Below the pieces are notes generated by a model. The model saw only the letters and a list, made by a program, of their open reading frames with translations, was not told where the DNA came from and did no database searches. A stretch of DNA of 64,000 bases from Felis catus. Its lineage: Eukaryota. The translations under genes were made by a program, and so were the position numbers. The stretch spans positions 166,286,001 through 166,350,000 of the forward strand of contig NC_058368.1 of assembly GCF_018350175.1 (NCBI RefSeq), read 5' to 3'. Of the stretch, positions 1 through 12,668 are shown piece after piece (positions within the stretch are counted from its first letter, which is position 1; every line of letters begins with the position of its first letter).

Positions 1-964
1 GAGAAAAAGCAAGCTCATCAGAGATCAAGCACATCCATAAGACAACAAAAAATAACAACCAAAGACATTTACATTATTTTTGGGAGAATGTGTGTCTATA
101 TACATACTTTAAATATACATATTCAAATATATTTTTATATATTATATGTATATAAAATATATAATATATTACACATTTTATATATGTAAATATGTATATT
201 TAATATATATGTATTTCAAAGGCAACATACCTTTTGAGTTTCTAAAGCAAAAATATGATCATTATACATGTATCAATGTTGATACTTCCTATGTCTGGAA
301 TAACTTAAGAAAATATTAATTTTGTGCTTATCAACATCTATACATATTTAAAAATTTATAAAACACCATACTTTTAAGGCAAATTTTACAGGATGATAGA
401 AAGTGAGATTTGGAGGCAGCAGCAAAAGGAAATAATTTCTTGTCATCCCCATTTCTTCTCATCCAGGAAAAAAAAATGGAAATGTTCAAAAAGTTGTATT
501 ATTTTTCAGGACACTGAACAAATATTTAAGTGTAATATTAACTCTTCCAATTGTGTACCAACTGATGCAAGTGTAGGAAGTGAGACAATCCCCTGCATAA
601 GCTGAATACAAACACACCTGCATGTGCTTTAATTGTATACACTTCGATGATTGTTATCACAGAAACTCCTAAAAAATGGAAAAGAATCCAAGAAGTGTGA
701 TGATTCCAACCCTACGTTTTTCTACATTTATCGTGGTGTACTGACCGTTACCTAAGCACTATCCTGGGATCACTGTTTTCATCTGGGGTTTAAAACAGGA
801 ATTTGTTACATGTTACACACCAGTAAAGTTAATTTGTATCACAGTGAAAATTTCCAGTTTAGAAAGGATAAGAATTGGTTAGGGCAACTTTTAAGTATTT
901 TAGTTAGATAAAAATGGGAATCTTTACGTAATTCCTAATGTTAGGGAGACAAATTCTTATCTGG

Positions 965-1165
965 TGCTTAATATTCCAGGCACTGTGCTAACCTATTTAC
1001 CTGAAGAAATAGCATATTTAGTCCTTTGTGAAGATAATGGTATTATTATCCCCTGTTTTCAGAAGGGAAAATTGAAGCACAGAGGAGTTGAGCAAATTAC
1101 TCAGGATCACATGGTTTGAAAAAAAATGTAGTAATCAAATTCAGATTATATTGTCTCGAAAGCTC
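965..1165 (-). mobile_element. MIR relic (ancient SINE)
   Basis: Core-like text 'tattattatcccctgttttcagaagggaaaattgaagcacagaggagttgagcaaattactcaggatcaca' resembles the MIR core; boundaries approximate. Confidence 0.6.
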
Positions 1166-1358
1166 AACCATATTTCTTTTTACAAATCTTATGAGGAATC
1201 CTCTTTGACATTTTCTGTTGAACCTCTGACCTAGAGGAGATGGAAGTCAGACTAAAACTGATTTTGCCGTTATCATTGAATATTTTCAGTCTCTATTCAC
1301 ATAGAAATTACTATTCTAGAGAAATCATCATAATTTAGTGATTCTAATGTGAAGTGGA

Positions 1359-1494
1359 AAAGACAGCCTTTGTTAGACGCACAAAAGTTAACCAGGAGGT
1401 TATCAGAATGTGAGTTTAAAAATATGAAATAAAGCCACATTTGTTATCTTACCTCAGAAAATTGTGATTTCAGAAAATAAAAGATTAATATATT
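1359..1494 (+). repeat. 136-bp dispersed duplication, copy 1
   Basis: Matches 2421-2556 with 4 substitutions on manual alignment. Confidence 0.95.
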
Positions 1495-1832
1495 TTCTCA
1501 TCTTTCCAAGCTATTAAACTACCTTTCAATTTCATTAGTCAATCTTGAAGGGGTTTTGTATTCTCCATCTTAAATGTTAATCTCTGGTATGTAATTTTGT
1601 CAAGTAAATGATAAAACTAAAAGAAGATACAGAATAAGTATTTTTCATTCAATTTAATGAATTTCTGTCTTAGTAAAATTTCAACAATACTGTGAGCTTA
1701 TGTACTACTGTCCTCACCTAATTCCAGGAAATATCTAACAAAAGTTGGGAACTTGTCAGAATCCAAAATGTATGACTCTTTTTACTTGAATTCTCTCCAA
1801 TCAAATTATAATACCTGGGAAAATATATCTTT

Positions 1833-2040
1833 TTTAAATTTTTTAATGTTTTTATTTATTTTTGAGACAGAGAGAAACAGAGCATGAGCAGGGGAGGGGC
1901 AGAGAGAGGGAGACACAGAATCCAAAGCAGGCTCTAGGCTGTCAGCACGGAGCCTGACGCAGGGCTCGAACTCATGGACTGTGAGATCACTACCCGAGCT
2001 GAAATTGGACGCTCAACTGACTGAGCCACCCAGGCGCCCG
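1833..2040 (-). mobile_element. Can-SINE (SINEC)
   Basis: T tail, GA-rich body, tRNA-derived head ending ccacccaggcgccc; TSD gggaaaatatatcttt at 1817-1832 and 2041-2056. Confidence 0.95.
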
Positions 2041-2321
2041 GGGAAAATATATCTTTATTCCTGGAGTCTGGGTAACTCTCTGGGAAATGTGGGCTATGAT
2101 ATCATGATTTTTGCAAAGACACAGCTGCAATTTCTGACATTCACCAAAACTCTACCCTCATTTAATAGCATTAATTACAAGATTGGATTATTGAGTTAGA
2201 AGTAGAAACAACATAATGGCATCTAATTTCTGGAATTCTGTGGTTTATTGCCCAGAAAAGTTTAAAAATAATCTTTATGTGAATAGTTCTCTAATTTTCC
2301 GTCTCTGTCTCTCCATCTCTC

Positions 2322-2323
<2 letters not shown>

Positions 2324-2378
<55 letters not shown>
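2324..2378. repeat. Compound (CT)n(CA)n microsatellite
   Basis: Read directly. Confidence 0.95.
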
Positions 2379-2420
2379 TATATAAATAATTTTATATAAT
2401 TGTTATTTTTTATGTAAGTG

Positions 2421-2556
2421 AAAGACAGCCTTTTTTAGATGCACAAAAGTTAACCAGGAGGTTATCAGAATGTGAGTTTAAAAATATGAAATAAAACCAC
2501 ATTTGTTATCTTACCTCAGAAAATTGTGATTTCAGAAAATGAAAGATTAATATATT
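2421..2556 (+). repeat. 136-bp dispersed duplication, copy 2
   Basis: Matches 1359-1494 at about 97% identity. Confidence 0.95.
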
Positions 2557-3105
2557 AATAAAATATTAATAATTATTATTAATATATTTTATATAACAAT
2601 TATATAAAAATAATATATGTAGAGAGAGGGAAAGACAGAGAGAGAGAGAGAGAGGCAAAAAGAGAGATCCTCAAAGATATGTTTGCAAAAGATACATGTA
2701 AGGATGTTCATTTTGGCAACTTTTCTAATAAAGCTAAGGCTACCTTAATTTGCATGCCCAGAGAAAGTGCTACGTAAATTATATTGTAGACATACTACAT
2801 AATCCTATATGAGTTAAAAAGAATGAGGCAGAAAAATGGCACTGATATAGAAAAACTCTAAAACATATAATTTACATATAAAGGAAGGTTGTAGAAATAG
2901 AAATATATGTATATATAAAATGATCATATACATACAATATGGATACCCTCAGACATATATTTATCTGTATACATGTAAATGTAAAATGCATAGAAAAAAC
3001 CTCCAAGGTCATTTACTCAAATGAACTCTGTGGGTAAATTTTGGCTTGTGACTAAAAATTTTGGCTTTATTATTATTATATAATTGTTTATAAGAAGCCT
3101 CCATT

Positions 3106-3332
3106 GGGGCGCCTGGGTGGCGCAGTCGGTTAAGCGTCCGACTTCAGCCAGGTCACGATCTCGCGGTCCGTGAGTTCGAGCCCCGCATCGGGCTCTGGGC
3201 TGATGGCTCGGAGCCTGGAGCCTGTTTCCGATTCTGTGTCTCCCTCTCTCTCTGCCCCTCCCCCGTTCATGCTCTGTCTCTCTCTGTCCCCAAAATAAAT
3301 AAACATTGAAAAAAAAATTTAAAAATAAAAAA
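3106..3332 (+). mobile_element. Young CpG-rich felid-type Can-SINE
   Basis: ggggcgcctgggtggcgcagtcggttaagcgtccgac head with CpGs retained; TSD aagaagcctccattg at 3092-3106 and 3333-3347. Confidence 0.97.
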
Positions 3333-3975
3333 AAGAAGCCTCCATTGATCCTTTGTATATATAAAAATAAGCGAAATAGTGAATAGTACAATCCTTTCAC
3401 AAAGTGAATTTAGATAATTCCAAAGTAGGAAGATTAAGAACATTGTAATAAGTGCCCTGAGGTATTAACTGATTCATTAGAGATATTTTTAGCCATATTG
3501 AGTTAAAATCTTTCATGTGTTTCTTAGGAATGTCTACAGATTGATACTAGAATCTACTATAAGACCACTTATGATCCATCCTTATAGATAGATACTGGGT
3601 TACAAAATAGAATATAATATGTAAATAGGCTGTACTAGAAAAGTTCATCCTTAATTTACCAATTTCAGTGCTTTTTAAAACTTTACTATTCCATCTGAAG
3701 TGTGCAAGGTATAACATTTTTTTGTATTTTATTGACACAAATGATTGGAATAGGGTGAAACTGTGAACAGAGATAAATGAATCCATAGAATGGGCCATGC
3801 CAATCAGGTTTTCATGTGGGAAAATTTGAGGTCATGGTGGGTCATCTGAATCACACATATCTATCACAAGGATCACAAAGATCTATCAAATTCTCTTGCA
3901 AATATACCTGCAATTGACATAGCTCAAATTATTTCCCCTTCAAATTTCCTTTGATTTTGAGAGATCTACATTCTT

Positions 3976-4182
3976 TTTTTTTATGTTTTTATGTTTTGAG
4001 AGACAGATTACAAGCGGGAGAGGGGCAGAGAGAGAAAGCGAGGGATACATAGAATCGGAAGCAGACTCCAGGCTCTGAGCTGTCAGCACAAAGCCTGACG
4101 CGGGACTCGAACCCACAGACCATGAGATCATGACCTGACCTGAAGTCAGACACTTATCCAACTGAGCCACCCAGGCGCCCCC
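3976..4182 (-). mobile_element. Can-SINE
   Basis: TSD agagatctacattctt at 3960-3975 and 4183-4198. Confidence 0.95.
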
Positions 4183-5325
4183 AGAGATCTACATTCTTAT
4201 AAAGAAGTCTCTTGCCCATCCTCCCCTTAATGTGCATTTCATTCATTTCATCTGTATCACAATGTTTAAGTCATGCGATGCATTTCTCTTCTAATTATTG
4301 CCTATATTAGAATTCATTCAGAGGATCTTTGAACTGTTAGTTTTTGTTTATTTGTTTGTTTTTTTTTTTTACTCTACCTGTCTCTTTGTTCAGCATATTG
4401 CTCTTGTAGCCCCTGCCTGATATAAAATAGTATGCATGGCTGCAAACTGTGTTTCTGTGTCCCAAATAGAAAATACCAAAAGATGAAAATTAAGAGAAGA
4501 AAGTCTTTTATATTTAGTGAGCAGTATTCACACAGCCTCTGGATTAATGTTAGCTTTGAAGCCACATGATGAGCAATAGAGGTTTCTCACCATGATACTC
4601 ATTAGCATCTCTTTGTGACTTGCTAGAAATAATTTGCAGTCCCAAGTTTAATGCTAACCTGAAGCTGCCTTGTTCCGATGACAGCTTTCTAACCACAATC
4701 AACACATTTGCTTTTCTTTGGATTGACAAGCAGGGTGCAGAGGCAACGTCCATTTCCTTCCTTTCTTCTGTTTCTTCTTGCTACACCATTAGGTAGAAAT
4801 AGGTTATAGTAACTTGTTTGGCTCTTTACCTAGCACTTGACAACAGATTTTTAGATTGGCTTTATAAACCAGACCTGAGTTGTTTTGAAATTTGAAGATG
4901 AGGTTGTCTCACAGCAGAGGCATAGAACGACAGCTTATGTCAGGCTGCTGCTTATAATTAGAGGACATTTCCCAAGACCACCCACATGTCGCATTTTCCT
5001 CATACCTTCCCACTTTCTCTTTGTTCTTTAGGTAAAACAATATAGATCTCTGTGTCCCCACTTTCCTCTCCATAGCTACTCTGAATTGATGAATGAGTGT
5101 ATGGCTTGCATCTGATGTGAAAATCCAAAATGTCTTCAGATAAAATAGAAGGATACAGTAGATGTTAGATAGCAACATTAAAATGCAAATATCAGTATTT
5201 GCAATATTTAGTATACAAGCCAATACAATTGTAGAATATGCAAAAAATACAACAGCAACAACAATGATTACAATCAATGCAACAAGTGCAGACCGACTTA
5301 TATTTGGAGATAGTACACTAGGCTT

Positions 5326-5568
5326 AGGGTGATCGTACATGACAGTTGGTGCAGGACAGTCTCAGTTTATGTCCCTTGACGCAGAATCCAGAGTTTTAAA
5401 TTTAAAGCAGTGTCTATTGGTAATAGCATTAGCAAAGAGTGGAATAGCTTTGGAGGGCCTTGTGTTATACTCCTCACATTTGCCATGGTGTAGAAATGCG
5501 TACGGTACGCAGTGAACGGAGTTCTCACTTTAATGTAGTGAAATCTAAAGGAGACTTAGGGTCACCCT
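5326..5568. mobile_element. Putative hAT-Blackjack-type non-autonomous DNA transposon (MER94/MER81-like ends)
   Basis: Inverted termini agggtgatc (5326-5334) and ggtcaccct (5560-5568); subterminal 'ggacagtctcagtttat' resembles MER94 from recall; degenerate flanks ctaggctt / tctggctt. Confidence 0.5.
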
Positions 5569-5794
5569 TCTGGCTTTCTGACCGCCAATATCTTCCATCC
5601 CCAGGGGTGCCGAGAGGAGCTGACAGGCACTGGGGTCAGGGCCAGTCGTGCTGTGGTATTGTGAGGGGTGTGCGAAGCAGCTAGTCAGTGAGATATTCAA
5701 GGGCAATTGTGAGAGTTTGTACTTTAGCTGCTATTGAAATAGGTGTGGGAACACTAGTGTCTCAAAGTTCCTGTGAAGGAACTTTGAAGAAGGC

Positions 5795-6133
5795 GTTCAG
5801 TACTGGTACATGCTGCCACATGGATGAACCGTAAAGCAGTGTTATCAAAAGAAGCTAGAAACCACAGACCACATATTGTATGATACCATTTACATGAAAG
5901 GTTCAGAAAAGGCAAATGTATAAGGAATAGATTTGCAGTTTCCCAGGCCTGGGGGTGGGAAAAGAGAATGACTGCATTTGGGCATGTGTTTTCTTTCTGC
6001 GATGATGTTAATATTCCAAAATTAAATTGTGGTAATGATTGCACAACTCTGTAAATTTATTAAAACTCATTGAAACGTTTAAAATAAGTGCATTTTATGG
6101 TATGTAAAAAAATACCTCAATAACATTTTAAAA
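5795..6133 (+). mobile_element. Old L1M (L1MB-like) 3' end fragment
   Basis: 'acatggatgaacc...catattgtatgataccatttacatgaaa...tacctcaataa' is typical old L1 3'UTR. Confidence 0.7.
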
Positions 6134-6684
6134 ATAGTCCAAATATTTTTGCCATAATAGTTTTGTCATTTATTGTATGCAATAAAATTACAATCATTTA
6201 TTTATTTTACTACCTACCAACTGTATTTTATTTTATAATAATTGCTTTCAACAGCCACAAGCTATGGGGGAGGGGGCGGAGGAGTAAGTCCATGTTTAAT
6301 GAAAAGTTAACAAATTTCCACCTCTTAAGAAAGTTGAAAATGAAGTGTAACTTGCATAAAATATTTCTCAATATTTACTATCCCTAAGGAGGCCACAGTG
6401 ATATTACTGAATATGAGAACTGAATGATATGTATCTGATGGAAACACATTAGCCTCTCCTTGAAAAAGTAGAATTATTTTGTGAATATTATTTTTGAAAT
6501 GGACATTTTACTGTGTAAATCTGAAAATTGTTTACACATACGTACAGACATATACATATCCTTCTGGGTAAAGCAAGATTTTTCAGTTAGATTACTCTTC
6601 TAACTTAATTTTATTTAGTTTTGATTCGACATTTTCTTGTTCGGGAATGAAAGGTGAAGCGTTAGGTATGAATACATCGATTCT

Positions 6685-6912
6685 GAGACTCCTGGGTGGC
6701 TCAGTCAGTTAAGTATTTGACTTCGGCTCAGGTCATGATCTCCTGGTTTGCGAGTTTGAGCCCCACGTTGGGCTCTCTGCTGTCAGTGTGGTGCCTGCTT
6801 CAGATCCTCTGTCTCCCCCCCCCCCAGCCCACCCGCCCCTCTCCCACTTGTGTGTGCACAATCTCTCTCCTTCCCTCCCTTCCTGTCTCTCTCTCTCTCA
6901 AAAATAATCATT

Positions 6913-6956
<44 letters not shown>
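6685..6956 (+). mobile_element. Can-SINE with (CA)n tail
   Basis: cctgggtggctcagtcagttaag head, CT-rich body, tail converted to (CA)n at ~6917-6956; degenerate TSD acatcgattc / acattgattc. Confidence 0.9.
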
Positions 6957-6960
<4 letters not shown>

Positions 6961-7048
6961 TTCCATTAGTGTCAGAAGAAATTCACAAACCATTAAATGA
7001 TGCTACTTTTTCATCCTGTCAGATCCTGCAAATGGAAACATAGTGTAT

Positions 7049-7152
7049 GGGCACCTGGCTGGCTCAATCAGTAGAGCATGCAACTCTTGATCTTGGGGTC
7101 ATGGGTTTGAGTCCATGTTGGAGGTAGAGGTTACTTAAAAAATAAAATCTTT
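7049..7152 (+). mobile_element. Short tRNA-like carnivore SINE lacking the CT body
   Basis: gggcacctggctggctcaatcagtagagcatgcaactcttgatcttgggg...ttacttaaaaaataaaatcttt. Confidence 0.8.
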
Positions 7153-7375
7153 TTTTTTTTTAATTTTTTTTTCAACATTTATTTATTTTTGGGACAGAGA
7201 GAGACAGAGCATGAACGGGGGAGGGGCAGAGAGAGAGGGAGACACAGAATTGGAAACAGGCTCCAGGCTCTGAGCCATCAGCCCAGAGCCTGATGTGGGG
7301 CTCGAACTCACAGACCGCGAGATCGTGACCTGGCTGAAGTTGGACGCTTAACCGACTGCGCCACCCAGGCGCCCC
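7153..7375 (-). mobile_element. Young Can-SINE inserted in the tail of the preceding SINE
   Basis: TSD aaaaataaaatcttt at 7138-7152 and 7376-7390. Confidence 0.95.
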
Positions 7376-7819
7376 AAAAATAAAATCTTTAAAAAAAACT
7401 GCATTTCATTTCAAGATAATTTGATTTTGCTCATGCAACTCATGGAATCTAAGTAAAGCTTTTGGAAGTTTATTCTGTCTGAGGTGAGACATTTGATACC
7501 ACTGTAAATGCTAATCTAAATTAGTTAAAAGTTAAACATAGGAGATAAAATTATTTGTTTTTTTTTCAATGATGATGCAATATAAATTTGGCTGAATAAA
7601 AGTGCTGTAGTGAATACAACTTATTTTTAAGAAACCTATAAAGGAAATATGCTAAGAAGAAATAATTTCTGTTGTAAAACAATAATTTATAATTGAAACC
7701 ATATGTTGCAATATTCAGCAATTAAAATAAAATGTGAAATACTTCATGTTTAAGTATACTTTATTATATAAAATAAGCTATGTATAATTTATATACAAAT
7801 ATACAGGAAGAAAATCCTT

Positions 7820-8034
7820 TTTAAAAATGTTCATATTTATTTATTCTGAGATAGAGAGAGAGAGATCACTAGCAGCAAAGGGGCAGAGAGAGGGAGAGAT
7901 AGAGAATCCCAAGCAGGCTCTTCATTAATCAGTGTCAAGACCTATGCAGGGCTCAAACTCATGAACCAGGAGATCATGATCTGAGCCAAAATCCAGAGTT
8001 GGACTTTTAACCAACTAAGCCACTCAGGTACCTC
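7820..8034 (-). mobile_element. Older Can-SINE
   Basis: SINE body and head; degenerate TSD aaaatccttttt / aaaatacttttt. Confidence 0.85.
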
Positions 8035-8049
8035 AAAAAAATACTTTTT

Positions 8050-8242
8050 TAAAAAAATGTTTAATTATTTTGAGGAGTGGGGGACGAGGGCAGGGAAGGG
8101 GAGGACAAGGAGGGAGAGAGAATCCCAAGCAGGCTCCCTGCCAGTGCAAGCCCAACATGGGGCTCAATCTCGCAAATTGTAAGATTATGATCAGAGCTGT
8201 AATCAAGAGTCGGTTTAACTGAGTGAGCCACCCAGGCGCCCC
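8050..8242 (-). mobile_element. Older Can-SINE
   Basis: agaatcccaagcaggctcc...gagccacccaggcgcccc. Confidence 0.85.
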
Positions 8243-8873
8243 AGAAAGAGAATACTTTCTATATATACACTTAGTTCATAACTATGTTGTTGCTGTATGG
8301 TTTACACATACTTAGAATAATTAAGCTACAAATTTTTTTGTGATAAAACCGAAATGAATACAAAAATAAATATTTCAATGTTACAGTATGTATTTTCTTG
8401 GTTTTCTGTCAGTAATGAGATTTTATAAATGTTTGGGCATTTCAAGAATGACATGGAAAGTTGAAAAGAGAAAAATCCTACATTGTTGAGACTAAATCAG
8501 ATACCTCCTAGGCCAGACATCTTGGAAGGTTTCTGGAAGATGGAAAGTAAACGAGAACGTTCGGATAGTTAAATGAATATTAAAGAAGCTATTTTCTGAG
8601 GACAAAGAGGAAAATGCTGGAGCAGAGATAAAATGGGTTTACCAATAAAGATGTGCAGGGAAACTGCTAGCATATGTAGAAAGAGTAGGAACAGCTGATA
8701 ATGAAAGAATGTTCACTTCAAGGACTCTCTGTAGAGAAGCTACCCCAACTATCACCTTTTCTGCCCTTGGATCCATGAATAGTTCTTGGCAGCCCAGGTT
8801 CTATACTCAGATGTAAAACTGAGAACTCTTCTCTAAATGAATTAAATAAACTTCCTGAGGGAAACTGGGCGTT

Positions 8874-8912
<39 letters not shown>

Positions 8913-9096
8913 TACTTTTTGAATGCTTATTTTTGAGAGAGACAGAGTACAAGTGGGGAGGGGACAGAGAGAGAGAGGGAGACACATGATCCAAAGCAGG
9001 CTCCAGGCTCTGAGCTGTCAGCACAGAGCCCGATGCAGGGCTCGAACTCATGAACCAAAATTGGAGTCTCAACCAACTGAGCCACCCAGACACCTC
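8874..9096 (-). mobile_element. Can-SINE with (TTTA)n tail
   Basis: TSD gaaactggg(c/a)gtt at 8861-8873 and 9098-9110. Confidence 0.93.
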
Positions 9097-9489
9097 AGAA
9101 ACTGGGAGTTCTAATGTGGTAATGACACCCCCTATTCGGTCCTCTTTTGTATTCTTGCACTTCCCATGCAAGAAATATCTATTGCAAGGTGACATCTAAA
9201 AAGAAAATGCTGCATCTCTATACATTGTAAAGAAAAGTAAAGGAATCTACATCAATTATTAATATGTTTTTAAATTATTAATATTAATTAAACTAAGCTT
9301 TAATTCTTAAATGTGTTTGGGAAACAAATTTGCCAAATATTTGAAGAAAACCAAGCATAAAAGAGAGAGTACTAGAAAGTAACCAGGAAAAAAGGAAGGA
9401 AAGAAATAATGAAAGTAAAATTAGAAGACAATGTCTCAGAGCTAAATGAAGGTAGAGTTTTTAAAGTAAAGAACCTATCAAGTTATATT

Positions 9490-9710
9490 CATAATATGGA
9501 ATACTCGGCAATGCAAGAACAGATGACTGGTATAAATAACATAAACGAAACTCAGATACATTTCGTTAGGTGAAAGGAGCAAGTCTCAAAAAAATAATAG
9601 ATTCCCTTTACATATAATTCTGGAAAAAGTAAATATTTAGAGAGAACTGAGCAGTTGTCACCTGGGTTTGATGGGGAGAAAAACGCATGAATAGAAAAGG
9701 GGATGAAGGA
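9490..9710 (+). mobile_element. Ancient L1M 3' fragment
   Basis: 'atggaatactcggcaatg...gattccctttacatataattctggaaaaagtaaa' resembles an old L1 3'UTR. Confidence 0.4.
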
Positions 9711-10097
9711 AGGGACAAACCAGAGCTGAGTGATGTCAGCGACTCTCCTGAAAGCAAGCATCAGTTCACCAAGATAACGGATCTTTTCTAATTAGTTGGT
9801 AATAGCCAATAGTCTTTTGTGCTGGAATACTGTTACCAGTCATTAGGGACCACCTAAAGGCCTGTCTTTGGCCAAAACAACCTATAGCCTTGCCATATAG
9901 AATTATAATGCTTTGATGCACATTATCAAGTGTGGTTTGGCATCAAGTGATGATGTTTTTCAAATACAGACCATTGGGTAAATCTAAAGCAAATAAATGT
10001 AAACCTGAGCCTATAGACTACATGTTTCTTACATGGTTAGGAAAAGTAAGACAGCCTTCAAATATATGCCTTGTGTTCCCTAGGACTTCCTCTAATT

Positions 10098-10310
10098 TCT
10101 ATTTTTTTTTAGCGTTCATTTATTTTTGAGACAAAGAGAGAATGAGCGGGGGAGGGGCAGAGAGAGAGAGGGAGACATAGAATCTGAAGCTGACTCCAGG
10201 CTCTGAGCTGTCTGCACAGAGCCTGATGTGGGGCTCGAACTCACGAACCCACAAGATCATGACCTGAGCTGAAGTCAGACGCTTAACCGACTGAGCCACT
10301 CAGGCGCCCC
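10098..10310 (-). mobile_element. Can-SINE
   Basis: TSD acttcct(c/t)taatt at 10085-10097 and 10311-10323. Confidence 0.93.
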
Positions 10311-11409
10311 ACTTCCTTTAATTCTATATTTGTGAAAGTCCAGTTATAAAAGCTGAACGCCACAAAAGGGCCCTGAGTGTTAGTTCCATGAAGAGAAAGT
10401 ATGACCTAATAGGGTGATGAGATTTCTGGTGCTCTGGATTATTGTGGTATTTGCCTTTTAAAAAGTACCTTAATGGTTGAGTGCAAATACTTAGGAAGCC
10501 AATTGATCTATTATAAGAAATTGGCACCAAAGGAAATTGTATGACATCCAAAGGAAATGCAATAGTCAGTTTAACAATTATGTTTTAGCCAAATTATGAG
10601 AAAATTGTAGACAGATGCTTAACTCATACCAAAGGATAACTAATGATGTAAAAAACAATATTAAGAATTAAGGTCCTATAAATAACCTTGCTAAAATTAG
10701 CCCTAAACCATCAAAAGAAGAAAACGATAACCAGGAAACTAAAAAAAATAATAATAATGAAGATTAAGACAGCAACCTGTGATCGTGTTCTGTGGATCTC
10801 AGGCATAAATTCCTGCATCTCATGCAGTCATCTACTTGATCCAAAATTCTTGGGTGGAGTTAGCTCTGTCTAAAGATTGTCTGCTTTAAAGGTAGAAATA
10901 TATGCATGCATTTGTTGCGGGGGGCGGGGGGAGGGGGCTGCTTAAGAACCATTAGCCTATAGTCTGTAATAAGGAAATTTTTCTGGAATAGTGATTTGAG
11001 TATTTTTTATGTCACTTTAGTTGAGAGACATGAATTCAAGGATAATGACTGGAGGATATTCACTGGTATGCTTGTTGTTAATTGTACCTGATAAGGTCCT
11101 TACACATCAAATTTCAAGAACAGTCTTTTTCTGCTATTGTTTCAAACACCTGAAGAAAATTAGGTCTCCAGGTTTTAGGTTATGCAAAGATTATTTAGGA
11201 GGATGTTGAGGAAAGGCTGCTTTTAGGTACTGACGATTACACTGTGTATTATGTGAGTTCTTCAGGATACATAATAATAATGTCAGCATGTAATAAGGCA
11301 GAATTTAGGGTTAGGGGAGATATTCTGAGGCACATTGAATATCCGGTTATCAGTTCACAGGAAAGGCTACTAAGGACACCTGAGAGAGTTAACCTGATTA
11401 CCATTACAG

Positions 11410-11838
11410 CCAATGCACAAACTGTGGAGTATCCATATATGACATACTATTCAGCAATAGAAAAAAATAAAATATCGATACACAATATAACATAGATGAA
11501 TCTTGATGTAATTGTGCTGAATGATAAAATTCAGACAAAACAGAATACATATTGTAAAATACCAATTTTATAAAATTATAGAAAGTGCAAATTAATCTAC
11601 AGTGGCAGATAGCAGACCAGTGGTTTCCTGGAGAATGGGGGTGTGATATATGGGGAGGTAGGCAGGAGATATTACCATAGGGGATAAGAAAACTTTTGGA
11701 GGTAATGAATATGGTTTTTATCCTAATAGTGTGATGATTTCATGAGTGTATACATATGTGGAAACAAATCAAACTGCATGCTTAAATATATGCAGTTTAT
11801 TGCACATCATTATACCTCAATAAAGGTTTTATTAAAAA
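11410..11838 (+). mobile_element. Old L1M 3' end fragment
   Basis: 'aactgtggagtatccata...tactattcagcaatagaaaaaaat...tatacctcaataaag' is an old L1 3' terminus. Confidence 0.7.
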
Positions 11839-12668
11839 TCCTTTAAAGAGACATCCATCATCATAATATCATATAGCTAAATGTTATTTTCTAGATTGCT
11901 TTTAGAAAGAATAATAATATATTTAGAAACTTTGAATTATGATAGAAGTTTAGATTTAGTCTTAAACAAAAATGTTGCTTCATATAATAAAACCATAGAG
12001 AAGAGGTAAAGTTATCTTTAAAATAAGATTGCTAATTCATTTCAATTAGTTCAAAATTTTATCTATTTATCAGAAATATGACATAAACTTCAAAAAATAC
12101 AATTTACAAATCTAATATTCATGAACTAAATGCTAAAGAATCTTTAAGTCATTTTTAAGCTCCTCTTTTATCTTGAACCAAAGCTTTTTCTTCTTATCTT
12201 GTAACTATAGTAACAAAAACTATTATTTAAATTTACTTGTTCACATTTCTTAAAGCAAAAGAATCACAGTTAATTAACTTTTTCTTACACATTTTTAACT
12301 GCTTATCTGAACTAGATATTCCTAGAGTGTTCACATAATGACAAAAAGATTGCTTTTTTCTGATCAATTTACCTTTTAAATTTCCCTAGTGAGGATAAAA
12401 AAGAGAAACAGAAAAATGGTGAGAAATGTGGCTTCAGACAGCTATGATACAAACTGGGGTCACATGGGTTGCAGGTGGAGTTGAAGGAAAAAGAGAGGAA
12501 GCATCAGTGAGGACTGGGCATGGTCTGAGGTCTGGGAGAAGGATTGGAAATTACTGACAAGTCAAGAAAAGTAAGAGTTGGAGAAAGACAAAGATAAAGG
12601 TAAGACAAGTAGAATTTAGGAGGATCTATAGGAGAAGCAACCTTTCCTATTTTTTTTTATTTGCCTTT

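Noticed and set aside
696..744. Box C (gtgatga) and box D (ctga) motifs suggesting a snoRNA; a similar pair at ~28693-28759
   Set aside because: No terminal stem, no recognisable rRNA guide, and such short motifs are frequent by chance.
3017..3400. SINE-overlapping ORFs (this one and many like it, e.g. 22635-22883, 45403-45594)
   Set aside because: Read-through of Can-SINE sequence, a well-known annotation artefact.
4378..4416. Candidate 39-nt minus-strand micro-exon
   Set aside because: Weak donor (gtagag) and unrecognised peptide.
4909..5340. 143-aa hydrophobic minus-strand ORF resembling a membrane protein
   Set aside because: No recognisable family or exon structure; hydrophobicity follows from the T-rich strand; its start overlaps the putative transposon end.
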